A DNA stretch of 64,000 bases from the NCBI RefSeq assembly GCF_006345805.1, contig NC_043000.1, forward strand, positions 153,636,001 to 153,700,000, given 5' to 3'. Below the pieces are notes generated by a model. The model was not told the origin of the DNA. It ran no database searches and saw nothing but the letters and a program-made list of their open reading frames with translations. Source of the DNA: Octopus sinensis (lineage: Eukaryota). The translations under genes and the position numbers were made by a program. Shown here one piece after another: positions 27,224-40,309 of this stretch; position 1 is the first letter of the stretch; every line of letters begins with the position of its first letter.

Positions 27224-27332
27224 AAGTGTTTTTATTTTTTCATTTCGTTCCTGTCGAATTTTATCCCTAATTTTGTGGTTATAGAACCTAGCTGTTCTTT
27301 CTATCGTGTTGAATCCCATGAGTGGATTCCTT

Positions 27333-27819
27333 ATGTGCTTAAATATACACTGTATTTTATGACTAATACATAGCCTTTTGTGACTAGATTTTTACACGCT
27401 AGGCCACTGGAAGTGAAAAATTCTATTAATTTCCATTTCCCTTTCATATGATTAAATATTATAAGTTTTTGGATAACTTTCGGTTTTAAAAGTAGGCATT
27501 TTTTATTGTCGGCGAAAGACTGCACCTGCGCAGTAGATTTTGAAAAAATTAGGATGTATAAACAAGAGGCGCATAGTTGATCGCCTCGTGTTTATACATT
27601 TAATCTAAGGTGTTCCTGTTGATAACGATTTCACCTCGCGAGTATAAATTATTTACTTGCTAAACTAAAATCAGAAACCAATTGGTCCAGGAAATTATAT
27701 ATATATATTGTATTATATTATATTATATCATATATTATATTATATTATATATTATTATATAATTCAACGCCACACATCCATTTCCAAGTAAGCTTATCTA
27801 TCTATATACATATATATAT

Positions 27820-27874
<55 letters not shown>

Positions 27875-28410
27875 TATATATACATATATATATATACAAT
27901 AGAGTACATTTAAACACAAAAGAAACCACCTTTAACAGGTAATTTTACACGCTAGAAGAAGCAGTCAAAACAACCAAAACCATATTCAAGAGCAATTTCG
28001 AAGGGAATGAAAAATAAAAGCTTTTACATTATTAGTTTTTATGATTATACCTAGATTTCGAATTATTTTAGCAAATAAAATAATTTGCTTGGCGAAATTC
28101 TCACCAGTAGCCGTGCCATAACATTAAGATATAATTAAGAGACAAATAACACGCGTTTCATCATTATATGTTATAATTTTTGAAATTCTCCGCGCAAGCG
28201 CAGTTTCAGTCGGCTGTGAGTGAAAAAAATGCCGAACTGATCTTCGAAATGCTAAAATCATATACGTAAAATATATAAGGTAACGAATCGTTTTAGAAAT
28301 TTCACTACCAGTGGCCTATCATGCATATTCTCAATATAAAATAGTGTACATTTAAACACAAGGGAAACTACCTTTAACAGGTAAATTTACACACTAGAAG
28401 AAGCAGATAA
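27333..28410. mobile_element. PLE-like remnant: about 60-bp direct repeat (27905 and 28346) plus an inverted partial copy upstream
   Basis: ACATTTAAACAC...CTAGAAGAAGCAG is repeated 441 bp apart; 27333-27420 is inverted relative to about 28295-28360. Confidence 0.4.
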
Positions 28411-28428
28411 ATGCACACACACACACAC

Positions 28429-28539
<111 letters not shown>

Positions 28540-28540
28540 T

Positions 28541-29962
28541 ACTTCAGAAGTCCAGAGAGCAGAAAATGCCATTATATATGTCCTTCATTGATCTAACAAA
28601 GGCTTTTGACTCGGTAAGCAGAACAGGCCTCTTCATCCTGCTCCAAAAAATCGGATGTCCACCAAAGCTGCTGAGGATCATCAAGTCTTTCCATGATGAC
28701 ATGCAAGGCACCATACAGCACAACGGTTCAACATCAGCCGCCTTCCAAATAAAAAACACGGTAAAACAAGGTTGTGTCCTCGCTCCTACATTGTTTGGCA
28801 TCTTCTCGCTCTTACTTTCACATGCCTTTCAGACATCAGATGATGGAGTGTTTCTGCACAGTAGAAGTGACGGGAAACTGTTCAATCTCTCGCGCCTGCG
28901 TTCCAAGACCAAAATCAGAAACGTCCTGATCAAGAAGATGTTATTTGCTGATGATGCCGCTCTGGTAACACACACAGAAGAAGCCCTCCAAAGGCTCATT
29001 AACTGTTTTGAGCAAGCATGTAACGACTTTGGCTTAGCTATTAGCCTTAAGAAGACCAACATCATGGGCCAGGCTACATCGGACATCCCAAACATACATA
29101 TTGGAGACCACAGATTACAAGAGGTGGAGAAGTTTACCTATCTGGGCTCTACCGTCACCTACAACCTATCCCTTGACGCTGAGCTCAATATACGCATTGG
29201 TAAGGCAGCTGCTGCGATGGCCCAACTCTCCAAACGGGCTTGCGACAACAATAAGCTGACCAAGACCACGAAAATGAAGATCTACCAGGCATATGTACTC
29301 AGCACTCTACTGTATGGAAGTGAGACTTGGACGCTATACACACGCCAAGAGCGTCGCCTAAACATCTTTCACCTGCGCTACCTCCGAAAAATCCTCCGCA
29401 TCAAATGGCAGAATCATATCCCCAACAAAGATGTCCTCAGGCAAGCAGGAATACCAAGCATGTTTGCACTCCTCACACAAAGACGTATGAGATGGCTTGG
29501 GCATGTTAGCCGTATGAAAGATGGCAGAATCCTCAAGGACATACTCTACGGAGAGCTTGCTAGGGGTACTAGGTCTGTGGGTAGACCGATCTTACGTTAC
29601 AAGGATGTTTGCAAAAGGGACATGAAGGCTTGCAACATCAATATTAGCGGTTGGGAGGCAGTTGCCGGCAACCGTGGAGAATGGCGATGTACAGTAAAAG
29701 AGGGAATACAAAGGAGTGACAGAGAGAGAGAGGAGAAATGGAAAGAAAAGAAGAGACGTCAACAAGAGACTATGGCATTACAACCAGCCAGGAACAGTCT
29801 TCGCTACATTTGCGTTACCTGCCAGAGGGAATGTTTGTCCAGGATAGGACTACACAGCCACAGCAGGAAATGTATCAGGACATGAAATATAAAAGCTGGA
29901 CTAGACTACTTTATGCGCAACTCCATTGTCTCCCGAGACAGAAAGGATGCCAACCAACTAAC
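28541..29962 (+). mobile_element. RTE-clade LINE, 5' truncated copy with an open RT C-terminal half
   Basis: Contains the 439-aa ORF and the 3' UTR ending GGATGCCAACCAACTAAC. Confidence 0.95.
28566..29885 (+). CDS. RTE LINE reverse transcriptase (C-terminal half) with C-terminal zinc finger
   Basis: FIDLTKAFDSV, KQGCVLAPTLF, LFADD, FTYLGS, LLYGSETW, RWLGHV.RM, C..C.R.C.SRIGL.SH...C. Confidence 0.92.
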   Translation: MPLYMSFIDLTKAFDSVSRTGLFILLQKIGCPPKLLRIIKSFHDDMQGTIQHNGSTSAAFQIKNTVKQGCVLAPTLFGIFSLLLSHAFQTSDDGVFLHSRSDGKLFNLSRLRSKTKIRNVLIKKMLFADDAALVTHTEEALQRLINCFEQACNDFGLAISLKKTNIMGQATSDIPNIHIGDHRLQEVEKFTYLGSTVTYNLSLDAELNIRIGKAAAAMAQLSKRACDNNKLTKTTKMKIYQAYVLSTLLYGSETWTLYTRQERRLNIFHLRYLRKILRIKWQNHIPNKDVLRQAGIPSMFALLTQRRMRWLGHVSRMKDGRILKDILYGELARGTRSVGRPILRYKDVCKRDMKACNINISGWEAVAGNRGEWRCTVKEGIQRSDREREEKWKEKKRRQQETMALQPARNSLRYICVTCQRECLSRIGLHSHSRKCIRT

Positions 29963-30496
29963 ATACATGCATATATATACATATTCATACACATATAGAC
30001 ATATATCCGTTTATATATTACGATTCAAACTTTGCCTGCGTAGGATTTTTTTGTAATGATATAATTTTAAAGACCAAACTTTTATATTTTTCTAATACAG
30101 TTATTGAAAATATCAGTTATACCATTGACTGCTTGTTACTAAATTTTAGAACATTTGGAATTCTATTATTTCGTCAAATATCCAAAAGTTTACAAAACAG
30201 AATTATCTGCACGAGGTTTTTAAATCTTTACCTTTCATGTTCGTTTTATCCGGAATTTCTTCCTTTTCTTATTATTTCTCAGTTTTCTACACAATACATA
30301 GGCACTCGCGCACTCACCTGTTTGCAGGGGTTCAAGAAATACACATTGATAATAGGAAATAGTCGACAATACGTCATTAATGTGTTCTTAACCCCATGTT
30401 ATGAGTAATATCCCCTCTCCTCCAGGATCGTCTATACCTTCTGCTTTTAAAGAGTCGATGACAGGTGACGGTATCGTTTAGAGAATGCGGAGAGTA

Positions 30497-30730
30497 AAGG
30501 CGGAGAGCTGGCAGAAACGTTAGCACGCCGGGCGAAATGCTTAACGGTATTTCGCTTGTCGTTACGTTGTGAGTTCAAATTCCGCCGAGGTTGACTTTGC
30601 CTTTCATCCTTTCGGGGTCGATAAATTAAGTACCAGTTACGCACTGGGGTCGATGTAATCGACTTAATACCTATGTCTGTCCTTGTTTGTCCCCTCTATG
30701 TTTAGCCCCTTGTGGGTAATAAAGAAATAG
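30497..30730 (+). mobile_element. SINE-B, tRNA-like SINE
   Basis: AAGGCGGAGAGCTGGCAGAA head, GAGTTCAAATTCC B-box, AATAAAGAAATAG end; flanked by a 19-bp duplication GTATCGTTTAG(A/G)GAATGCG. Confidence 0.88.
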
Positions 30731-31834
30731 GTATCGTTTAGGGAATGCGTGGGCCGAGACTACGCGCCTTCATTGGTCAGTTAAAGTTGAGATAGTGTCA
30801 CATGACAACTTGCTGGGGCTGCCTGCTGGAGCCTATCAGCAGCAGGTATTTAAAGGGAAATTTGACAAGACAGTTAGTCGGCCGCTGACACTCGTTGACG
30901 TTACATCGAAGAGGACAGGGAACAGAAGAAAGAAGAGAGAAGACATGCATCCAACACCAGAACTGAAGACACCTCCGAAAGGAGGGGCCCCGCCACATCA
31001 AAACGGTAGAGGAGTAGGGGCCGAAACTGGACGTGGTTCCTCCTGATGATATCGTGAGCTAACTGGATCCTATAAAGGAGCTGTTGTGGTAGTAGACCAC
31101 GAAACACGGTTGAAATTCTTTAGCAGGTTCAATACTATTGACTTTATATAATTTCCCAAATAAACTTTTGGTTTTCTTTTTATGTAAGTTACTGTTTCAA
31201 ACACATAATACCTGTCACTACATAAGTAATATATACAGTATATATGAGTATATATGAACATATGAAATGAATCTACTAAATCCCTTTTGTAATAAAAAAA
31301 ACGAATTTGACCTACTTCTTGCTGCCTGTTGAAAAATATTAGTTCTTATTATTGGTTGATGCTATTGCTGCTACATTAATATTTCACTTAGCCAGTTGTG
31401 GGATTTAGTTTACTATATTTATTTATGTATTTTATTTATTTATTTATTTTACTTGGTGTTTTATAGCTCCTTTCTGGATAGTATAATTTAATTGCTGGGT
31501 CATAGACATTTACAAACTCAAATTGCTGAAACATATGAATTTACACTTAGACACTTATATAATTTTATTTCATACCGACATCATAGTCGTCATCGTCGTC
31601 GTCGTCTTCGTCATCTTCATGAACATATCCTCACCAATTTTGTCTTTCGTGTGGGTTGTTATTAATCGTTAGAACGCCGGATTCAATGCTGCATTTCTTC
31701 CGTTTTACGTTCTGAGTTCAAGATATCGAGGATGTGGACTTTGTCTTTCATTCTTTCGGGGTTCGATAAAATAAGTAGCAGTTGACTTAGCTCCTCTTCC
31801 GAAATTGCTGGCATCACCATATTGATAATCATCA

Positions 31835-31866
<32 letters not shown>

Positions 31867-31886
31867 GTTGTTGTTGTTGTTGTTGT

Positions 31887-32398
31887 CTGAGAGAGCAGCG
31901 CATGCCATCGAAGTGACGCTGGGGTACAAATATTTGAAGCCCAATATACCCATCATGACTACCCGTATGATAAGGTTACACCAGGCACATGCAACACAAC
32001 CATGTGGTCGACATGGTAAGCTCATATCAAGATAAACAGCGCATGAAAATTTTAAGTGGGCGGATGGGGCCCAGTTAGAATTTTCTTAAGGTCTGCTGAA
32101 AACGTCCTTGAATTAGAGTTGTTTAAGGATGATGTGCAAAACACCCATGTTTCCAGAGCTTAATTATTCAAACCCCAAAGAATTCCTCTCAATACATGGC
32201 TATGATATTCCTACTTCTGATTGTGATCTGAGTTGCACATACCTTCGGCCATTAAGAGAAATTCTGAACTGGATAAGATCAAGCAAATGACAAAGAAATC
32301 TGCGATATTGATCAGAATATTTGCTGTAGCCATCTTTTACACCAAGGTAAAACATCTTAACACCTCCAGCTATTTAAAATCAGAAACCATGAGAAACA
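31887..32398 (-). mobile_element. Non-coding interspersed element F embedded in ATT/GTT trinucleotide tracts
   Basis: Roughly 80% similar by eye to 32769-33298; strand inferred from the (AAT)n orientation. Confidence 0.7.
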
Positions 32399-32459
32399 TT
32401 TTTATTATTATTATTATTATAGTAGTAGTAGTAGTAGTAGTAGTGTAGTAGTAGTAGTT

Positions 32460-32505
<46 letters not shown>

Positions 32506-32539
32506 CTGTTGTTGTTGTTGTTGTTGTTGTTATTGTAGT

Positions 32540-32750
32540 AAGGCGGCAAGCGGGCAGAATCGTTTGCACGCCGGGTGAAATGCATAGCGGCATTTTGTCT
32601 CCCGCTACATTCTGAGTTCAAATTCCTTCGAGGTCGACTTTGTCTTTCATCCCATCGGGGTCGATAAAATAAGAACCACTTACACACTGGGGGCGATTTA
32701 ATCGACTTATCTCCTCCCACAAAATTTCAAGCCTTGTGCCTATAATAGAA
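32540..32750 (+). mobile_element. SINE-B-related diverged copy
   Basis: AAGGCGGCAAGCGGGCAGAA head, GAGTTCAAATTCC, GGGGTCGATAAAATAAG. Confidence 0.75.
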
Positions 32751-32768
32751 AAGATGTACTATTATTAT

Positions 32769-33298
32769 CATTGAGTGAGAGAGCAGTGCATGCCATCAAA
32801 GTGACACTGGGGTAAAATATACGAAGCCCAGTATACCCATCATGACTACCCGTCTGATAAGGGTACACCAGGTACAAGCATCACAACCATATGTGCGCGA
32901 CATGATGATCTCATATCAAGATAAACAGCGCATGACCTTGCAGGTGGGGCCCAGTTAGAATTTTCTTCTAGTTAAGTAGCCCATCCCGCTCAAAAGGTCC
33001 CTGAATAAGGATTGTTTCAGGATGTTGAACGAACCACCCATGTTTCCAAAGGTGAATTAGCCAAAACCTTCAAGAATTCTTTTCAACACACGGCTATGAT
33101 GCTCCCCCACTACTTCTGCTCATGATCAGAGATGCACATATCGTCAGCCACTAAGGGACATGCTCAACTGGTTAACGTCAAACAACTGACAAGCAAATCT
33201 GTGGTATTGAGCAGAATATTTTATACCAAGTACATGATAACACTTCCAGTTAAAATCAGAATCCATGAGAGCCACTGTCTGGTACTACATGAGGGCAA
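32769..33298 (-). mobile_element. Element F, second copy
   Basis: Homologous to 31887-32398; ATT repeats on both sides. Confidence 0.7.
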
Positions 33299-33299
33299 C

Positions 33300-33360
<61 letters not shown>

Positions 33361-33363
<3 letters not shown>

Positions 33364-33841
33364 TAGTTTTATTTTTATAGCGTGCTTTCACTTCACTACC
33401 GAGCGCAGCTCTGTGTGCCTTGGGTATGTGCTGTGATTTGTTGTGATGCTCTGATGGTTATTGTATGGAAAGTGTTCTGCGTAGGATGTGTGCAGTGCCT
33501 AGTAGTGCAATTTTCTGTATGTTATATGTGTTTGTAAGTCCTGGTGTTTTTGTTATGTATTTGTCTGAATATCTTTTTATCATGCTTAATGCACCTACTA
33601 TGATAGGAATTGTTTCTGTTTTCAGATTCCACATTCTAGTTACCTCTATTTCCAGGTCTTTGTATTTTGAGAGTTTCTCCATTTCTTTTAGAGACACGTT
33701 GTCATCAGCCGGTATTGATACATCAATTAGAAAGCATTTTTTTTCTTCATGATCTCTGACAACTATATCTGGTCTGTTGGCCTTAATTTCTCTATCTGTG
33801 TGTATCGGCATATCCCAGAGTATGGTTGCTTTCTCGTTTTC
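33361..33841 (-). mobile_element. R4/Dong-clade non-LTR retrotransposon 3' end (restriction-like endonuclease domain) inserted in (TAA)n
   Basis: ILWDMPIHTDREIKANRPDIVV..DVSIP..EKLSKYKDLEIEV.RMW...PIIVGAL...IQKIALLGTAHILRR; (TAA)n on both flanks. Confidence 0.88.
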
Positions 33842-33911
<70 letters not shown>

Positions 33912-34448
33912 CGACGAGCTGGCAGAATCATTAGGACACCGGACAAAATGAATAATAGTGTTTCGTCTATCTTTATGTCCTGTGTTCAAATTCCACCACG
34001 GTCCGTCACCTTTTATCCTTCCAAAGTTGATAGAATAAATATCAGTCGAGCATTGGGGGCGTAATTATCCCCTCTCCACAAATTTCAGGTTTTGTGCCAT
34101 CAGTAGAAAGGAATTATATGGAATTATTATTGCCGTTATTGCTGTTATTCTGTCCGTGAGTATCTAGAATCTGAAAATATTTCGCTTGTCTAATGGCTTA
34201 TGTATAATTTATGATGTCCTTTATGAAATCATGGATCTATATCGGGAAATGAATTTATTCTGTAGGCCCCTGTTCCATTGGTACTTCATTATTTTGCCGA
34301 CCCTGCCTCTTCTCCGCTACAAAAAAAAAAAAAACAAAAACACCATCACACCACAACTAGCAAATCATTACTACAAATATTATCATCACCAATGTCAATG
34401 CAGTAAAATTAGAAACTAAATTACACGCCGTAACTGTCAAGAGCCCTC

Positions 34449-34489
34449 ATCTACTACTACTACTACTACTGCAGCTATTGCTGCTGCTA

Positions 34490-34524
<35 letters not shown>

Positions 34525-34540
34525 GCAGCTGCTACTACTT

Positions 34541-34578
<38 letters not shown>

Positions 34579-34639
34579 GCAGCTATTGCTGCTGCTACTA
34601 CCACTACTACTACAACTACTACTGTAGCTGCTACTACTT

Positions 34640-34681
<42 letters not shown>

Positions 34682-34823
34682 TTGCAGCTGCTGCTGCTAC
34701 TACTACTACTACTACTACTACTACTGCAGCTGCTGCTACTACTACTACTACAGCTGCTGCTACTACTACTACTATTGCAGCCGCTACTACTACTACTATA
34801 CTACTACTACTACTGCAGCTCTG

Positions 34824-34860
<37 letters not shown>

Positions 34861-35040
34861 GAAGACGATGATGACGACGATGTTGACTGTTGCTGTGGAT
34901 GATGATATTGGTGTTGGTGGTGGTGGTGGTGGTATTGATGGTGTTAGTGATGGTGCTATTAGTAGTATTGCTGGTGGTGGTGGTGGAGGTCGTGGTGGTG
35001 TTGTCGGTGGTGGTGCTATTGGTGGTGTTGCTGGTGACAT
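34449..35040. repeat. Compound trinucleotide tract (CTA/CTG)n followed by (GAT/GGT)n
   Basis: Directly visible. Confidence 0.95.
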
Positions 35041-35499
35041 ACTAATGCTGCTCCTGTTGATCCTATTGCTATTTGCACTTCATGTTCCCAGTTTCTAGTA
35101 TTATTTTTTTTTTTACCGTAATGTATATTTCCTCCTATCTCCTGCGTACAGCAAGGCGCATGTTTTAAATTATTTCACTTTTTAAAAATGTTAAGAATTT
35201 CCCTTGATATTATCATATTTTAAAAGAAGTATTCATTATTCTTATTTTGTATTAATATTAGCACTAATAATATTTTCAACAAAAAACATCAACAATAATA
35301 ATAATAATAATAATAATAGTTTTTTTTTTATATATATTTTCATTCTAGGAAACATTTGATACGAATTCTTTATATCAGTGTAGGAAGTTGTCCATGAAAA
35401 ACTAAAGGCTCCCTGTAAAAAGAATGTGAGAACGCTATATGTCGGCCATTTTGTGACCTTTGCAGATTGTGTAAGGCATCCGAAATTACCATATTAGGG

Positions 35500-35670
35500 T
35501 TGAAACAACAACAACAACAAAAACATAGAAGGAGGAGGAGGGGGGAGAAGAAGAAGAAGAAGAGAAGAAGAGAAGAAGAAGAAGAAGAGAAGAAGAAGAA
35601 GAAGAAGAAGAAGAAGAAGAAGAAGAAGAAGAAGAAGAAGAAGAAGAAGAAGAAGAAGAAAAGAAGAAGG
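35500..35670. repeat. (CAA)/(GGA)/(GAA)n tract
   Basis: Directly visible. Confidence 0.95.
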
Positions 35671-36080
35671 CAACATGCTAGTGAATGTTAAAAAAAATAA
35701 ACGCATCTTTGTAGTCGAAGTCTTCTTCCTCTTTTCTTTCTTTGTGTTATTCCTTGTTTTCATTAGCATTTTCATGCCGGGTGACACAGATTATCGCCTA
35801 CCATTTATACTAGCAAATTTTGTAAAGACTTCACGAGAATTTCCATAAATTATTTCGTTACACTTTTAAACAATATCATTTATCAAGACTTGTTTAATAA
35901 ATCTCAAAACACGCTGCGGTGCGTCAGAAACGGTATGGTGCATGAGTAAATGCCTTTTTTTTTTATTTATTTAGATACATCTTTTATAAGCACTTAGTTC
36001 AACGACCCACTGGTGTTGTTTCCATGAATTAAAGGATGAAAAACAGTGCCATGCCACTTTGGCAAGGTTTTGAGATTAAT

Positions 36081-36175
36081 GAAAGGAAGACAAGAAGGAA
36101 GGAAAGAAGGCAGGAAGGAAGGAAGGAAGGAAGGAAGGAAGGAAGGAAGGAGGAAGGAAGGAAAAAGGAAGGAAG
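36081..36175. repeat. (GGAA)n tract
   Basis: Directly visible. Confidence 0.95.
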
Positions 36176-36672
36176 TTATCTTCAGAACAGGGATCTGTCC
36201 CAAATAACTTGCATCAGAGAAAACTCTGTATGAGGCAGCCAAATTCCCCTTGCTCTTTATTCACTGAAGTATGACAATAAATACATGCTGTAAAGGGAAC
36301 TGACCAATTCAGCGACATGCTCTCTTTCCTAACACATTCTTGGTTGAGTACCAATGCTAGAAATCAGTCATACATATCATGAGCTAAGAGGAATAACTAA
36401 AACTGACCAATATCAAGACTTTAGGCAATTAAGTTAAGGGCTGATTTATTGGAAATCGTTTCAAAAATGCTTAATTAATTAGAAATTTTCGCACAGAATA
36501 AAACAAATGAATCAATAAAACCTAACGGCGATTGTCAGCGAGTTGTCAGCGGCTCTCGAAAAAAAAAAAAAAAAAAAAAACTGAGGAGAGACACTTTCAA
36601 GAAATGAAAAATTAATATCTCAAAGTTCAGTTATATTCTAAGGCGAAAGGGAAACCTTACTTTGAAGCAAAG

Positions 36673-36707
36673 AACAATTGTTTCGCTCTATTTGACCTCA
36701 TCAGTTC
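36673..36707 (-). ncRNA. Partly decayed hammerhead motif
   Basis: GAA CUGAUGA GGUC AAAUA GAGC GAA ACAAUUGU U: intact core and palindromic stem III, one mismatch in stem II, no good stem I. Confidence 0.45.
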
Positions 36708-36713
36708 AGTATA

Positions 36714-36945
36714 TATTTCTTTACTACCCACAAGGGGCTAAACACAGAGGGGACAAACAAGGACAGACAAAGGGATTAAGTCGATTACATCAACCCCAGT
36801 GCGTAACTGGTACTTAATTTATCGACCCCAAAAGGATGAAAGGCAAAGTCGACCTTTGCGGAATTTGAACCCAGAACGTAACGGCAGACGAAATACGGCT
36901 ACGCATTTCGCCCGGCGTGCTAACGTTTCTGCCAGCTCGCCGCCT
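36714..36945 (-). mobile_element. SINE-B with 18-bp target-site duplication
   Basis: CCTCATCAGTTCAGTATA at 36696-36713 and 36955-36972. Confidence 0.92.
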
Positions 36946-37209
36946 CATCGCTCGCCTCATCAGTTCAGTATAGAACAAGCGCAACGATCAGCTGACCTAG
37001 ACGTTTACAAAAAGAGAGAAAGATTTACGAATAAGTTTTAGTCCGTATAATTTTATAATCATGCATAAAATTAGTTAAGGAGATAACATGGGGGCATCAA
37101 TTAGGATAATTAATTTAAGAAGTTAGGTAGAAGATTGCTGAACGCAATAAATATATATGTATCGAATATTGAGAAACCGATTCTGTGAACTAATGTCAGT
37201 CAAATTTGG

Positions 37210-37434
37210 TTACTCTCTTTACTCTCTTTTACTTGTTTCAGTCATTTGACTGAGGCCATGCTGGAGCACCACCTTTAATAGACCAACTCGACCCCCGGGA
37301 CTTATTCTTTTGTAAGCCCAGTACTTATTCTATCGGACTCTTTTGCCGAACCGCTAAGTAACGGAGACATAAACACACCAGCATCGGCTGTCAGGCAATG
37401 CTAGGGGGACAAACACAGACACACAAACACACGC

Positions 37435-37465
<31 letters not shown>

Positions 37466-37629
37466 CGACGGGCTTCTTTCAGTTTCCGTCTACCAAATCC
37501 ACTCACAAGGCTTTGGTCGGCCCGAGGCTATAGTAGAAGACACTTGCCCAAGGTGCCCCGCAGTGCGACTGAACCCGGAACCATGTGGTTGGTAAACAAG
37601 CTACTTACCACAGAGCCACTCCTGCGTCT
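37210..37629 (-). mobile_element. SINE-A
   Basis: Reverse complement of the SINE-A consensus. Confidence 0.9.
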
Positions 37630-37771
37630 ATGGTTGTGTACTTTCACTTCGTTTCAGTAACATCACAGACATCTGTTAACGAAGGAACATAACACATTAT
37701 TCCGTCTTCCATATTTTACTGGTTTATGCAACAAATCAAATATAGATTCCTTAATTACTTATGTTAGTATA

Positions 37772-38170
37772 TGGCTGTGTGGTAAGTAGCTTGCTAACCA
37801 ACCACATGGTTCCGGGTTCAGTCCCACTGCGTGGCATCTTGGGCAAGTGTCTTCTGCTATAGCCCCGGGCCGACCAATGCCTTGTGAGTGGATTTGGTAG
37901 ACGGAAACTGAAAGAAGCCTGTCGTATATGTGTATATATATGTATATATATATGTGTGTATGTGTTTGTGTGATTGTCCCCCTAGCATTGCTTGAAAACC
38001 GATGCTGGTGTGTTTACGTCGCCGTCACTTAGCGGTTCGGCAAAAGAGACCGATAGAATAAGTACTGGGCTTACAAAGAATAAGTCCCGGGGTCAATTTG
38101 CTCGACTAAAGGCGGTGCTCCAGCATGGCCGCAGTCAAATGACTGAAACAATTAAAAGAAAAAAAGAAAA
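37772..38170 (+). mobile_element. SINE-A
   Basis: Matches the SINE-A consensus; head-to-head with the 37210 copy. Confidence 0.9.
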
Positions 38171-39402
38171 AAAAAATCCAACACATATAGGGGATTTCAT
38201 ATAGTCAGTCGAATAGACCGCTTTAAATGACAAGTACGTCCTTTACCGATTCCAGCGAAATTTGAACATATACATAGAGTGATAGAACTATCTACAATGC
38301 AGAAGCTAAAACGATATGTTTCATGGTTTCTACCATTGCCCTACTTTTAAAATATCGATTAATTTTAGTGTGATATTAATATTGCAAAAAAGTATGTTAA
38401 CCGACATTGAACTTTTTTTCTCTTAGTTAACAGCACGACTCAACTGCATATGAAATACATAACTCTGACACGCTTCCAATATTGCTGGAATTTATTTAAG
38501 AGTAAATGTCTAGACAGATAAAATATATATGATAATATGGAAATAAGAAAAAGAACATTATTTCAACTGATGAGTAAAGAATATATGTAATTCTTTTTTT
38601 ATCCGAAAAATCTGGAAGACAAAAGAACATAAAATCGGTCGATAGCGTAAGAGCAGGAAAAAAACAAGCCAGTAAAAATACTTCATATGCAATAAAGATA
38701 AATATATACTTGTAGTTAGAAAATACAATGTAGAAAGGTAGTAGAAAAACAAAAGAAAACATCTTCCTTACTTACAAGGCTAACAAGTGCTAAACAATTC
38801 TAGAGTTGAAAATTGTTAGCAGACAAAATGGATGGTAAAGAGAACCAAGCAAAAGTAGACATATAAAAAATATTTAGTAAATGGATGACGAAAACTTGGC
38901 AAGAAAAATAAAGAAAACAGACAACCAGTTAGAATGTACTTATATTAGACCGATAATGTGGCAAAAGTAAGAAGTGGTTATATGTTTTTTAATCTATTTC
39001 CCACCATGATAAAAGAAAAAATAAACGCCAATCTAATAACATGTTCTACGAAGGATCCACTGCCTAGTTCATTGTCCAAAACTTTTGTATAATCTTCTAA
39101 ATTTCGATTGAGTACAGATTAAGTCTAAAATAGATTGTTGCAAATTAACAGTTTAAAGGCGAAATTGTGAACCGATTAGTTGTAACAATTAAATATAGAA
39201 ACTAGATAAAGACTTTATTAAAATGTTGACAACTGAGACATAGTATGAAGAAAACAAAGAATATATGAGATTAATGAGAATGTAGCAAAGTTAGAGTTCA
39301 CAGCATTAGGTCCTATCTTCTGAGCAGTTGCATTGTCAGACGAGGTGAATAGTTTGAGAGTTATTACTTGTGATTAACAGCATACATATACTGCACGCGC
39401 AC

Positions 39403-39461
<59 letters not shown>

Positions 39462-39513
39462 CATCTATCTATGTATCTATCTATCTATCTATCTATCCAT
39501 CTGTCAGTATATA

Positions 39514-39735
39514 TACTCTTTACTCTCTTTTACTTGTTTCAGTCATTTGACTGCGGCCATGCTGGGGCACTGCCTTTAATCGAGTAACTCGACCCCCAGG
39601 ACTTATTCTTTGTAAGCCCAATACTTATTTTATCGGACTCTTTTGCCGAACCGCTAAGTGACGGGGACATAAACACACCGTCATCGGTTGTCAAGCAATG
39701 TTAGGGGGACAAACACAGACACACAAACATACACG

Positions 39736-39773
<38 letters not shown>

Positions 39774-39934
39774 TACGACGGGCTTCTTTCAGTTTCCGTC
39801 AACCAAATCCACTCACAAGGCTTTGGTCGGCCCGAGGCTATAGTAGAAGACACTTGCCCAAGGTGCCACGCAGTGGGACTGAACCCGGAACCATGTGGCT
39901 GGTAAACAAGCTACTTACCACACAGCCACTCCTG

Positions 39935-39936
<2 letters not shown>
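39514..39936 (-). mobile_element. SINE-A, preceded by (TATC)n at about 39403-39500
   Basis: Reverse complement of the SINE-A consensus. Confidence 0.9.
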
Positions 39937-39970
<34 letters not shown>

Positions 39971-40309
39971 GAAAATACATAGAAAATATCGATAGGTATT
40001 ACAAAATTAATTTTCTAAATGTTGTTTTCAAATTTTGACACAAGGAGAGCGGAGCAAGTCGATTTTATAGACTACAGTTCTCAACTGATGCTTATTTTAT
40101 CGAGCCCGAAAAGATGGAAGGAAAAGTGACAGTCGTGGAATGTGAACTCAGAACGTAAAGAGTCGAAGAAATGCCACAAACAATTTTGTCCGACGTGGTG
40201 ATGATTCTGCAATCTCATCCTCATAAAATGTTTGTTTGAAATTTTGGCAGAAGGCCAGTAGTTTCGGGGAAGTGAGTAAGTCGATTACATCGATCTCAAT
40301 ATTCAACTG

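Noticed and set aside
28395-28415. CTAGAAGAAGCAGATAAATGC as half a hammerhead
   Set aside because: It is truncated by a (CA)n tract before any GAAA and the core is non-canonical, so it cannot be supported.
28945-28960. CTGATGA in the RTE ORF
   Set aside because: It is the FADD coding sequence and has no ribozyme fold.
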